From Bdellovibrionota bacterium (lineage in GTDB: Bacteria > Bdellovibrionota_C > UBA2361 > JAAYZI01), in NCBI GenBank assembly GCA_050950765.1, contig JBMNIF010000002.1, positions 192,001 through 256,000 on the forward strand: a stretch of DNA of 64,000 nucleotides. The letters are read 5' to 3'. Below are positions 9,698 to 19,370 of this stretch, one piece after another. Position numbers and translations under genes: made by a program. Every line of letters begins with the position of its first letter. Positions within the stretch are counted from its first letter, which is position 1. The notes under the pieces were generated by a model that worked only from the letters and a program-made list of their open reading frames with translations, searched no databases and was not told the origin of the DNA.

Positions 9698-10450
9698 TTA
9701 TCTCATGGCATTGCGCAGATAGTTCTTCAAACGAATCAAAGCTCTGGATCTAATCTGTGAAGCTCTTGATTCCGTAACCCCTAAAATTTCTCCGATCTCT
9801 TTGAGGTTTAATTCTTCATAGAAATATAAGCTGATAACCAGCCTCTCCTTTTCCGGCAACCTATCAAGCGCTCTGGCAATCAAACTGACTTTTTCACTAC
9901 TTAAGAGATTTTTTAACGGATCTTGCGACGTTGAGGCTAATGTTTCATGCGCTTTAAACCGTTCTTCACCGTGACCAAACCCCAACTCTTCAAAACTCAA
10001 CATCACGATAGAACCAACTTCACCAAGCAATTTGCGCAACTCTTCGAGCTCCATACCGAGCTCTTCCGCCACCTCATCATCCGTAGCGGGGCGACCTAGC
10101 TTCTGTTCGATCACTTGATAAGCCTCTTCTAACTTATGCGATTTAAAGCGCAAAGAGCGTGGCATCCAATCTTGAGAGCGAAAACTGTCCAAAATTGCAC
10201 CACGTATGCGAAATTGTGCATAGGTAGAGAAGTTAGTTTCATGCTTCGGATCGTACTTCTGCAGAGCATCCACCAAGCCGATAATGCCTGAATTTAGCAT
10301 CTCTTTTAGATCAATATCCTTCGGCAACCGTCCTGACAGACGATGAACAACCTTTCTAACAAGAGGTAAATAACTTTTGATGAGATCTTCTTTCTCATGA
10401 TCGTCAATACTCTTGTATGCTTCAACCGCACTGCGTTTAATTTTGCCCAC
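9698..10450 (-). CDS. fliA: Flagellar sigma factor sigma28 (FliA/WhiG)
   Basis: FSTYAQFRIRGAILD..R..DWMPRS; EELNLKEIGEILGVTESRASQI. Confidence 0.95.
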   Translation of the reverse strand: MGKIKRSAVEAYKSIDDHEKEDLIKSYLPLVRKVVHRLSGRLPKDIDLKEMLNSGIIGLVDALQKYDPKHETNFSTYAQFRIRGAILDSFRSQDWMPRSLRFKSHKLEEAYQVIEQKLGRPATDDEVAEELGMELEELRKLLGEVGSIVMLSFEELGFGHGEERFKAHETLASTSQDPLKNLLSSEKVSLIARALDRLPEKERLVISLYFYEELNLKEIGEILGVTESRASQIRSRALIRLKNYLRNAMR

Positions 10451-10703
10451 TCTCCATCTCCTCGTAAACTGTCAAAACTTTGGTTGCAATCCACTGGAAG
10501 ATGCGTACTACAACGTACACAATCAATGAATCAAACGTGATATATAAAATCTGATATTCCATGGCAGCTTCGGTACTTAAGACACAAACTGTTATCACAA
10601 GAAAAGAAAGTACTATCAGCGCTGCCGCCAACTTATTGACGTAAATCTCAGCTAAGTTTTTCTTTTTTATCACGCTCGTTCTAACAGCCATATTCCGCCG
10701 CAT
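10437..10703 (-). CDS. Small two-TM hypothetical protein coupled between flhG and fliA
   Basis: Overlaps both neighbours; two hydrophobic segments; start may be ATG about 5 codons downstream. Confidence 0.6.
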   Translation of the reverse strand: MRRNMAVRTSVIKKKNLAEIYVNKLAAALIVLSFLVITVCVLSTEAAMEYQILYITFDSLIVYVVVRIFQWIATKVLTVYEEMESGQN

Positions 10704-11553
10704 CCATTAATTCTCTAAAGAAGAATTGCATTCCTCCTTTGACTCGTCTGGTATAAAAATCCAGATCCAACTTCTCCGCTACCTTTACAAACCCCATTGA
10801 AGCTTGACTACTTGGAAAAAGATCCAACAAAGCACGTTGTTCTGAAATAGCAGTCGGAATAGCAGAATCCGTCAATACAGCTCCGAGATAACACAACTTT
10901 ACATGCAAGAATCGTTCAACAGCTCTAGCAAGACGCAAATAAGCACCTTTTCCAACGCTTTCGCTCTGTACATTATTTGCCACAATTGAGATCTCTTTCT
11001 CCCCGTACTCCTGTGCCAAGACCTTTATCAAGGCATAAGCATCCGTTAATGAAGTCGGTTCAGCCGTGATCACACAGATAATTTCAGAAGCAGCGCTATT
11101 AAAATACATTACGTCGGGACCAATACCGGCTTGCGTATCAACAAGTAAGTAATCAAAGCAGGCGGTTGCTTCTTCAATCCTATCTATTAGTAATAAACGT
11201 TGTTCTGGTGTAAGTCCGGCTGCTAAAGGAGTCCCGCTGGTCGCTGGTATAATAACGATCCCATCTGGGCCATCAAGCATAGTATCTTCGAGAGTAAGCC
11301 GCCCATCTACAACATCTTGTAATGTTGCTTTAGGTTTAAGCCCTAACATCACGTTGATATTAGCTAAACTCAGATCAGCATCTAAGATAGCAACGCTCCG
11401 TCCCATCCGTGCCAAAGCTAAACCGCAATTAACACTGATATGAGTTTTACCGACACCACCTTTGCCACTAGTAATGCTAACAACACGTGTTACGCCTTGT
11501 TTGTGTCTCTGGTCTTTTTTTATGTTTAAGCTCGTTCCGTACATATAAAACAC
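10681..11553 (-). CDS. flhG: FlhG/FleN MinD-family ATPase
   Basis: ITSGKGGVGKT deviant Walker A, DADLSLANI, EPTSLTDAYALIK; flagellar context. Confidence 0.92.
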   Translation of the reverse strand: MFYMYGTSLNIKKDQRHKQGVTRVVSITSGKGGVGKTHISVNCGLALARMGRSVAILDADLSLANINVMLGLKPKATLQDVVDGRLTLEDTMLDGPDGIVIIPATSGTPLAAGLTPEQRLLLIDRIEEATACFDYLLVDTQAGIGPDVMYFNSAASEIICVITAEPTSLTDAYALIKVLAQEYGEKEISIVANNVQSESVGKGAYLRLARAVERFLHVKLCYLGAVLTDSAIPTAISEQRALLDLFPSSQASMGFVKVAEKLDLDFYTRRVKGGMQFFFRELMDAAEYGC

Positions 11554-11685
11554 CCAAAAGTTTAGATTACATAAGAGCTAATAAGTTCCATAAAATTTTC
11601 ACTTATTAGAGATAAAATTTTTAAAAATCACTTTTTCTTTAGCGCCACCTCTCTCAACTCTTCAAAATCACTCTAAAAAACCTTA

Positions 11686-13782
11686 TTATTGCGCTTCCAG
11701 CGCCAACACTCCCATTGACTTAACCTTTGTCCCTGCAGCTATCTCTTGATGACTAATAACCGCATAACCAGGAACAAATCGATCAACAAAATTAAACAAA
11801 GCCGCACGCAAATTTGCCGACACAAGTAGTAGCGGTGTTTGCCCCAACTCTGAAAAACGCTCCATCATCTTATTTAACTTTGAAATCAGAACTTGTGCGC
11901 GTGCTGGATCTAAGGCTAAAAATGAACCTTCATCACTCTGCTGCAAATTATCATTCAGGTACCGTTCAACACTGGGATTAAGACTAGCTAGAGGTAGCAC
12001 CCCCTCGTCACTAACGTATTTAGCTGTAATGGAACGCGCTAAACGGCGTCTTACTAACTCCGCCAAACGCTCCGGTTGTTTTATGGTCGGTGCCCAATCA
12101 GCCAAAGTTTCTAAAATAGTTCTTAAATCTTTGATACTGATCTGTTCACGTAATAAACGGCATAAAACGTGTTGTACCTGCCCGAGTGTCATCAAGTTAG
12201 GAATAAGCTCTTCAATAACTTTCGGGAATTGTCCGCCTAAAGTATCTAACAGGTGTTGCACCTCCTGCCGCCCTAACAGTTCGTGCATATTATTTTTGAT
12301 TAATTCTGTAACGTGCGTGGTAACTATCGTTGAAGGATCAACTACCGTATAACCAGAAAATTGAGCACGCTCTTTTTCAGATTCATGAATCCACAACGCA
12401 TCCAACCCAAAAGCAGGCTCCTTAGTTGGAATACCTTGAATCGGTGCCGTAACACTACCTGGATCCATAGCTAAAAGATAATGCGGCTTTAATTCACCTT
12501 CTCCGATAGCAGCACCTTTTAACATAAAGCGATATTCACTCGGTGAAAGTCTGACATTATCTCTGATATGAATAGCTGGTAAAATAAAGCCGTAATCCAA
12601 AGCAAATTGCCGCCTGATAGAACGAATTCTATCAACCAATCCGCCCGTTTCAACTAATGAAACCAACTCATAACCGACCTCTAATTCTAAAGTGTCAACA
12701 CCAAGTAGTCCGCTCACCTCTTCAGTGCTACCTGGTTTCGGTGTATTATCTGCTTCCTGAGCTCTTTCAAGCTCCTGCATCTTCTTATCTGTTACCGCTT
12801 TTACTTCAGCACGTCGTCTGAAAAGCGCTATCGCACCCGTAGCAGCACTTAAAGTAATAAAGGGCAGGAACGGCAAGCCTGGTACGATCGCCAAACCGGC
12901 ACATGTTGCTGCTGCAATCCAAAGTGGTCTAGAAGATGATGTTAATTGAGAGATCACTTCAGTACCAAGGTCATCTCCACTTGAAGCAGCACGTGCTACA
13001 ATCATACCGGCTGCAGTAGAAACAACGATTGAAGGGATCTGCGCCACTAAACCATCACCGATAGTGAGCAAGGTGTATGTTTCTGCGGCGATCTTCCAAT
13101 CCATTCCTTTAAAAACGATACCGATTATCAAACCACCAACGATATTGATTCCTGTTAAGATCAACCCCGCTATGGCATCACCGGAAACGAATTTAGCAGC
13201 ACCATCCATTGATCCGTAAAACTCCGATTCCATCTGTAATTCTTTGCGCTTCTGCTTAGCTTCTGCTTCGTTAATAAGCCCTGCATTTAAATCGGAATCT
13301 ATCGCCATCTGTTTTCCTGGCATCGCATCCAAAGTGAATCTAGCAGCGACCTCTGCAATACGGGTAGCACCTTTTGTAATAACTTTTAAATTAACGATAT
13401 TAATTGCGATGAATACAACGATACCGACTACAAAACTTCCACCGACTACGAAATTCGCAAAGGCTTGAATAACAGTACCAGCTGCCGCCGTTCCCGTATC
13501 TCCGTAGAGTAAGATCAATCTCGTAGTGGCAACGTTCATACCCAATCGGAAAAGGGTTGTAACCAATAAGATGGCAGGAAATGAAGAGAACTCTGAAACT
13601 CTATTTTTAAAAAGGGCGGCAAACAAGATAACCAGAGAGATCGTTAAGTTTAAGGCGATACAGATATCTAATAACGGTGTCGGAACAGGTAGCAATAAGA
13701 TAGTCAAGATAAAGACTATTAAGATAGGAACAGATGCGCTAACCCAAAAATTACCTTTTGTTTTAATCTTAACAGCCATCAA
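11686..13782 (-). CDS. flhA: Flagellar export gate protein FlhA
   Basis: RIAEVAARFTLDAMPGKQMAIDSDL, FYGSMDGAAKFV, LTIGDGLV, EPAFGL. Confidence 0.97.
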   Translation of the reverse strand: MMAVKIKTKGNFWVSASVPILIVFILTILLLPVPTPLLDICIALNLTISLVILFAALFKNRVSEFSSFPAILLVTTLFRLGMNVATTRLILLYGDTGTAAAGTVIQAFANFVVGGSFVVGIVVFIAINIVNLKVITKGATRIAEVAARFTLDAMPGKQMAIDSDLNAGLINEAEAKQKRKELQMESEFYGSMDGAAKFVSGDAIAGLILTGINIVGGLIIGIVFKGMDWKIAAETYTLLTIGDGLVAQIPSIVVSTAAGMIVARAASSGDDLGTEVISQLTSSSRPLWIAAATCAGLAIVPGLPFLPFITLSAATGAIALFRRRAEVKAVTDKKMQELERAQEADNTPKPGSTEEVSGLLGVDTLELEVGYELVSLVETGGLVDRIRSIRRQFALDYGFILPAIHIRDNVRLSPSEYRFMLKGAAIGEGELKPHYLLAMDPGSVTAPIQGIPTKEPAFGLDALWIHESEKERAQFSGYTVVDPSTIVTTHVTELIKNNMHELLGRQEVQHLLDTLGGQFPKVIEELIPNLMTLGQVQHVLCRLLREQISIKDLRTILETLADWAPTIKQPERLAELVRRRLARSITAKYVSDEGVLPLASLNPSVERYLNDNLQQSDEGSFLALDPARAQVLISKLNKMMERFSELGQTPLLLVSANLRAALFNFVDRFVPGYAVISHQEIAAGTKVKSMGVLALEAQ

Positions 13783-13817
13783 AACCTCTTAAAAAATCAA
13801 CACCATCCCAAAACACT

Positions 13818-14918
13818 TTAACGTCCCTGCCCCTGTTGCAGATAACGATACGGATTGCGCAACTTGTAAACATAAGCCAGAACTTCTGCTACCGCCTTAA
13901 AGAGTTCGTGTGGAATTTCACGCCCCACCTCAACAGAAGCGTATAAAGCACGCGCTAGCGGTTTCCTCTCTAAAACAGGAACTCCTGCTTTTCGCGCTAG
14001 CTCTCTTATCCTTAACGCCATAAAGCCACGTCCTTTGGCAACTACCGTCGGTGCACGCATAACGGCGCGATCGTATTTCAGTGCTACTGCATAATGAGTC
14101 GGGTTCGTCACAACGACATCAGCTTGCGGTACACTTCGCGCAATACGATTCATAATTCTTTGCAAGCCTTTCCTACGCATCAACTGTTTTGTGCGCTCAT
14201 CACCCTCTACTGATTTACGCTCATCTTTAACTTCATCTTTTGTCATACGGTTTTTTTTGAGCCACTGTCTTTTTGTCCAGACAAAATCCCAAACAGCCAG
14301 TACGATCATGACGTACAGCACTTTCCAGAAGATATCTGACATGGCAGTGCCGATAAATTTTAGAACTGCGCTGACACTAAGATGAATCAATGCCACCATA
14401 TCGGGAGCGTATGAAACTAAAGCGTAATATCCGATAGGCAAAATGATAGCGATCTTTAAAACTCCAGTTAAAACATTCATCATAGAGGTAGCAGAAAAGA
14501 TCCTTTTTATGCCGTTAATCGGATTCAGATACAGCATCTTAAATTTTATTAAGCCCTCTTTGACGTTAAATTTCGTTTGAATTAAAACGGCAAAACTCGC
14601 TACAAAAGCTACTGCTAAAAAAAGTATAAGGAGGATCCAACCTATCTCCTTAATTATCATTGAAAGAATTTGTATTATCCCCTGCACTTCAAGAGCTTCA
14701 GAAGTCATAGAGATCATACCGTAGACTCGGATTATAATATTTTGAAAACCGGCGAAGAGGTTGCCACACAACATAGCCAAGATCCAAAACCCCACAAAGA
14801 GAGAGCTAACCTTTGCAACCTCTTGTGAAACGTGGATCGCCCCTTCCTTACGTAATTCTTCGATACGCTTACTGGTAGGGTCTTCAGTTTTTTCTGCGTC
14901 GTCTCTATCTCCTGCCAT
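13818..14918 (-). CDS. flhB: Flagellar export protein FlhB
   Basis: EKTEDPT N-terminus; NPTH autocleavage motif; PLARALY; AVAEVLAYVY. Confidence 0.96.
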   Translation of the reverse strand: MAGDRDDAEKTEDPTSKRIEELRKEGAIHVSQEVAKVSSLFVGFWILAMLCGNLFAGFQNIIIRVYGMISMTSEALEVQGIIQILSMIIKEIGWILLILFLAVAFVASFAVLIQTKFNVKEGLIKFKMLYLNPINGIKRIFSATSMMNVLTGVLKIAIILPIGYYALVSYAPDMVALIHLSVSAVLKFIGTAMSDIFWKVLYVMIVLAVWDFVWTKRQWLKKNRMTKDEVKDERKSVEGDERTKQLMRRKGLQRIMNRIARSVPQADVVVTNPTHYAVALKYDRAVMRAPTVVAKGRGFMALRIRELARKAGVPVLERKPLARALYASVEVGREIPHELFKAVAEVLAYVYKLRNPYRYLQQGQGR

Positions 14919-15011
14919 TTCCGAGAAGCTCTAGTAATAATCTCTAAACAAGCCGTTTAGTAATTTAAACGACTATCAAAAAAGGGATCCTTCCCCTTCG
15001 CTTAAAGGTTG

Positions 15012-15029
15012 AAGCAAAAGTCAGACCAA
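15012..15029 (-). promoter_or_regulatory. sigma54 (-24/-12) promoter of the flhB operon
   Basis: Minus strand TTGGTCTGACTTTTGCTT = GG-N10-GC, about 95 bp upstream of flhB. Confidence 0.65.
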
Positions 15030-15112
15030 CCCAAAAACTTCTCTTTGCATTGATAACATCTTGGAATAACTAGCTAATTCTAGGCAGTAGAAATGACTAC
15101 TAAGGGCGATCA

Positions 15113-15130
15113 GTGTCAAAAAGTAGACAC
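15113..15130. promoter_or_regulatory. Candidate enhancer (FleQ/FlrA-type activator) site
   Basis: GTGTCAAAAAGTAGACAC palindrome (GTC-N8-GAC); the same form occurs upstream of motA. Confidence 0.5.
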
Positions 15131-15776
15131 CTTTAAATCTTCTCACTTCTTTTATAAAAATTAAGAGAGGTTAACGGCGTAACGAACGCCGTATTACAAA
15201 GTGCATTAAGGATACTTCTATTTTTCCTTGTAGCCATATTTTAAGAGTTGAAATAATAAATTGTTTGCGAAGCAACTTTAGAAACACCTTTGTTAAAAGA
15301 ACAAATACTCACGAAGCAATCTTAGAAACGGCTCTGTTAAAAGAAAAAATGCTTATGAAAGGTATTCTCACCCCTTTTTCAATCAGAATATGAACGGGGA
15401 GTATTGATCGCTTACACTTAAAACCTTATAAGCACCAAACCTAGCGCACAACGGGCACGATAAAAGTTTTTTCGTTTTCATATTTTGAGGAGTTTCAACC
15501 TCAACAATAGAAATAGAAGTTTTAGCTCTGTTAAGCGTGGTCGTAGATATAACCGCACGGTTCAGGTTCAGGTCAAAACCTTAATAATAGAAGCAAAAGT
15601 TTTAAGGGTATTTTTCGGACATTTTTTGTTACATAAAAAAGGATAATTCTTTACGTATAGGTTCATAAGTATTTTTCAGACATTTTTCGTTACATAAAAA
15701 AGGCTTAATTTATGTATTTTTGTTTTTTTTGCAGCAACATAATAGAATATGTGGAGTTGTATTTTTAAGGATTTTT

Positions 15777-16895
15777 ATGAATCGTTATAAACTTATCAAG
15801 GCTGATTCCAATGCCCGCTGTGGAGAATTTACCACAAAGAGCGGCTCGTTTGAAACGCCTAACTTTATGCCTGTTGCCACACGAGGATCTGTTAAAGGGG
15901 TTGATACAGATCGCTTAAAGGAGTGCGGGGCGCAAATTATGCTCGTTAATACGTATCACCTCTGGCTCCGTCCGAGTAGTGAGACTATCAACAGAGTCGG
16001 TGGAATTCACCGTTTTACAGATTGGGATGGCCCGATTTTAAGTGACAGTGGTGGATTTCAAGTTTACAGTTTAAAGGATATCCGTTCTCTTTCAGATGAG
16101 GGTGTTGAGTTCCGTTCACACCTTGACGGTTCAAAATATTTTCTCACTCCAGAAAAATCGATTCAAATTCAGGAGGAGCTAGGCGTTGATATTGCGATGG
16201 TACTAGATGAGTGTCCAGCAGGTGATATGCCCTTAGAGCAACTTTCAAAATCGTTAGACATGACACTCCGTTGGGCAAAGAGGTCTTTAGAAGCTAGGCG
16301 TAATCCACAAACTGCCATCTTTGGAATTACACAAGGTGGCGGGAATAGAGAGCTACGAACGAAAGCTGCCGCCACACTTTCTGAACTTGATTTTGACGGC
16401 ATGGCGATCGGTGGCTTAAGTGTTGGAGAGTCAAAAGAGATTATGTATGATGTTTTGAGTTATCACGTTAACCAACTTCCTCAACATAAGATTCGTTATC
16501 TCATGGGCGTTGGCACAACAGAAGATATCGTTGAAGGGGTAAGGAACGGAGTAGATCTCTTTGATTGCGTTATGCCGACGCGCGCGGGACGTTTTGGACG
16601 TGCTTATGTTAATGGAGAGAAACCGTATATTAATATGCGTAATTCCGTCCACAAATTAGATCCGAATCCCGTCGATTCGACCTGCAACTGTTTGTGTTGC
16701 AAGAAATATTCGCGTGCCTATCTACACCATCTTTTTCATGTAGGTGAGATGCTTGGACCTCAACTTTTAAGTATCCACAACCTTACGCACTACCTCTCTT
16801 TAATGAAGAGGATTAGAGAAGCCATTCAGGAACAACGCTTTGAAGACCTCTACAACGCTGAAAAAAACAGATGGCAGGGGGTCTCTAACAGATGA
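15777..16895 (+). CDS. tgt: tRNA-guanine transglycosylase
   Basis: TPNFMPVAT, NTYHL, DSGGFQV, RYLMGVG, DLFDCVMPTR, CNCLCC zinc site. Confidence 0.97.
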   Translation: MNRYKLIKADSNARCGEFTTKSGSFETPNFMPVATRGSVKGVDTDRLKECGAQIMLVNTYHLWLRPSSETINRVGGIHRFTDWDGPILSDSGGFQVYSLKDIRSLSDEGVEFRSHLDGSKYFLTPEKSIQIQEELGVDIAMVLDECPAGDMPLEQLSKSLDMTLRWAKRSLEARRNPQTAIFGITQGGGNRELRTKAAATLSELDFDGMAIGGLSVGESKEIMYDVLSYHVNQLPQHKIRYLMGVGTTEDIVEGVRNGVDLFDCVMPTRAGRFGRAYVNGEKPYINMRNSVHKLDPNPVDSTCNCLCCKKYSRAYLHHLFHVGEMLGPQLLSIHNLTHYLSLMKRIREAIQEQRFEDLYNAEKNRWQGVSNR

Positions 16896-17407
16896 AGAAG
16901 GTACTACTCTTTTTTATGTTTTTCTTCTGTCTCTCTTCTGCGGCAGCAGAAGAACACCCTGTAACACTCAAAATAATCTCTGACTACACAACAGATTCAG
17001 AAGAGTGTCGTTTAGGAGTTCTTTTTGAGATAAAGGATGGTTGGTATATCTACTGGAAGGAGCCAGGTGAGACGGGGCTTCCGACAAAGATTGATATTAA
17101 ACTTAAAAACGGTTCTGCTTCCGCTCTACACTATCCGATTCCTAAAACATTTAAACAGGCAGGAATTTTTACCTCGTACGGCTATGAAAAAAGAGTTTTA
17201 CTGTGGTTCGATTTAAAAGGTGTTTCTAAAAACAGTGAAGTTAGTCTACTTGTTGATTGGCTAGCCTGCGGCACGGATCTCTGTATACCTGGAAAGCAGC
17301 TACTAAAAACAGAGCTTTCCCCCACCCTTTCAGAGACATCTTCAAAAGATCTCTTTAACCTTTGGGAGAAGAAGCTACCAAAAGATCCCCTTAGATATCA
17401 TCCGTAA
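16892..17407 (+). CDS. Stand-alone DsbD N-terminal-type thiol:disulfide domain protein (exported)
   Basis: Signal peptide; GWYIYWKEPGETGLPT; WLACGTDLCIP. Confidence 0.85.
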   Translation: MKKVLLFFMFFFCLSSAAAEEHPVTLKIISDYTTDSEECRLGVLFEIKDGWYIYWKEPGETGLPTKIDIKLKNGSASALHYPIPKTFKQAGIFTSYGYEKRVLLWFDLKGVSKNSEVSLLVDWLACGTDLCIPGKQLLKTELSPTLSETSSKDLFNLWEKKLPKDPLRYHP

Positions 17408-17428
17408 AATTGGTTGCAGTGCTATTCT

Positions 17429-17821
17429 ACTAGTGACGATTGGGCACCTTTCGGGGACAACTAAACGGGCTACTACTAAAAAACGGATCAGCTAGCTGTT
17501 TACGGTGACGATCGAGCGGGCTGAAACAGAAAAAGGGATCAGCTAGATGTTTACGAAGGTAAAAAATTTGGTGCCACCCACTAGGGACAACTGAACGGGC
17601 TGCAACTACAAAACGGATCAGCTAGATGTTTACGAAGGTTAAAAAATTGGTGCCACCCACTAGGGACAACTGAACGGGCTGCTACTAAAAAACGGATCAG
17701 CTAGATCTCTACGGAGGTCAAAAATTTGGTGCCACCCACTAGTGACGATTGAACGGGCTGCTACTAAAAAACGGATCAGCTAGATTTTTACGGAGGTAAA
17801 AAATTTGGTGCCACTCACTAG
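17429..17821 (+). repeat. Modular repeat array, locus 2 left (79-bp period A modules)
   Basis: TTGGTGCCAC cores at 17568, 17647, 17726 and 17805 (exactly 79 bp apart) plus two degenerate upstream units. Confidence 0.95.
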
Positions 17822-17855
17822 AGTTAGAAAAGTATTCCTAAGATAGTGAGTGGCA
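17809..17855. terminator. Hairpin formed by the last repeat core and its inverted copy
   Basis: TGCCACTCACTA ... TAGTGAGTGGCA, 12-bp perfect stem just downstream of the minus-strand ORF. Confidence 0.5.
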
Positions 17856-17882
17856 ACAAAAAAAGTGTTCTACACTAAGCCG

Positions 17883-18089
17883 TTATAAAGACTTTGAAAA
17901 AAAGTTATCATCATCGCTTACAGTCGGCTCTGTTGCTTTTTTAGAGGGTAACGTAACTCCTTCATAAATATCTCCTTTCTTTCCCGCTGTTACATTATTT
18001 CCCTTAACGGCGGCTCCTGCTCCTGCTGTCTGTGCTGCTGTACGTGGAACTCCTGTTTTCACTGGATCTTGAGCAATCCCTGTTCCCAT
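17883..18089 (-). CDS. Orphan 68-aa Ala/Gly/Thr/Lys-rich protein bracketed by repeat arrays
   Basis: RBS-like AGGTAGGGA before ATG; AT-rich upstream region; downstream hairpin. Confidence 0.6.
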   Translation of the reverse strand: MGTGIAQDPVKTGVPRTAAQTAGAGAAVKGNNVTAGKKGDIYEGVTLPSKKATEPTVSDDDNFFSKSL

Positions 18090-18289
18090 ATTTCCCTACC
18101 TTTTTTATCTATAAAATTAATTAAAACTAGCAAAGTATTATTAAAAATACGCTAAGACTAAATAATATAATTAGCACGGCTAACGGCAGTTAACTATAAA
18201 GTGCTTACCGACCGCGCTTTGCGCACCTGTTATAATATAGTGCGTGCCCGTGATTCTGCTAAAAATTTCAAAACTAAGCAAATTTTAGT

Positions 18290-18668
18290 AGTGCCACCCT
18301 CCTGTAAGACGGTTTAAGTGGTAAAAATTTAGCCCTTCAGGGAGAGCAGAACGGGGTGTAACTAAAAATCGAGCGGAAATTTGGTGCCACCCACCAACGC
18401 TAAAAGCCAATGCTAAAAAACTTTAAAATTACGATAGCTAATAATATCAATATATTAGCAAAAGCTTAAAATCTGGCAGTTTTGGTGCCACCCTTCTTTT
18501 TTGCCGCTTTGACGGCTTGGGCGACTGGATGAATTTGGTGCCACCCACCAGTTTGGGCAGATCTAGCAGATTTAGCTGGGCTTGGATCTGGTGCCACCCA
18601 CTAGGGACGATTGAACGGGCTGCAACTACAAATCGAATCAGTTAGGTCTGGACGAAGGTAAAAAATTT
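18290..18668 (+). repeat. Modular repeat array, locus 2 right (mixed A, B/IHF, C, D modules)
   Basis: Cores at 18291, 18381, 18482, 18535 and 18589; inter-core modules recur at 62726-63730. Confidence 0.9.
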
Positions 18669-18836
18669 GAAATTACGGCAAGATACCGAAAAAAGGGGTG
18701 TATCCCAACAAGATCGCTAGCACTAAATTAAATTTAATATTTTTTAGCCGTTTCAATTGGTCTTAAACCTTTTTAATGTTAAAAGCCCCTTTACGTAGTT
18801 ACACCTGATGTATCTAATAATTAAGGAGTAAATAAA

Positions 18837-19262
18837 GTGAGTCTTATCAAGAAGATATATTTTAATATATTGTTTTTATTGCTAAATACCGCCCCTGCAT
18901 TAGCTCAAGAGATCGTTCCACCAGCAGCCGCAGGCGATGCAACAGCTACACCTCAAGCGCCAAGCCTACTTCAGGGGATGGCTGAGGTGCTGCCGATGTT
19001 TGCTACGATATTTTTAATATTTTACTTTTTAGTAATCAGACCTCAAGCTAAACAACTTAAAGACCACGAAACGATGCTAAACACTTTAAGTAAAGGCGAT
19101 GAAGTTATTAGTAGCGGTGGCATTATTGGACGGGTTGCCGGAATTGAAAAAGATTATATACTCCTCGAAGTTGCCAGCGGTGTAAAAATTAAATTATTAA
19201 CATCAAATCTGGTACGCAAATTTGAAAAATCAAAAAAGTCAGGGGACACAGAAAAAAAGTAG
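18837..19262 (+). CDS. yajC: Preprotein translocase subunit YajC
   Basis: IFYFLVIRPQ, L.KGDEVISSGGIIG; upstream of secD. Confidence 0.93.
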   Translation: MSLIKKIYFNILFLLLNTAPALAQEIVPPAAAGDATATPQAPSLLQGMAEVLPMFATIFLIFYFLVIRPQAKQLKDHETMLNTLSKGDEVISSGGIIGRVAGIEKDYILLEVASGVKIKLLTSNLVRKFEKSKKSGDTEKK

Positions 19263-19370
19263 TTATGCCTTCTACTCTTTTTGAATCAGATTTTTTTATT
19301 ATTACTCCTGCTACACGGCATTAAAATAGTAAGATGCTAGGTAGCAGCAAGCGATGGGAATCATTGAGCT

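Noticed and set aside
11575..11592. sigma54 promoter upstream of flhG (TGGAACTTATTAGC)
   Set aside because: GG-GC spacing is 9 rather than the required 10
14920..15776. Replication origin in the long AT-rich intergenic region
   Set aside because: No cluster of DnaA boxes (TTATCCACA) noticed and no oriC-linked genes nearby
17560..17580. sigma54 promoter within the repeat core (TGGCAC on the minus strand)
   Set aside because: No TTGC at the -12 position (reads TGGCACCAAATTTTT)
17429..17821. CRISPR array interpretation of the regularly spaced cores (also 62726-63730)
   Set aside because: The constant part is only about 12-17 bp, the inter-core sequences are homologous reused modules rather than unique spacers, and no cas genes are in the window
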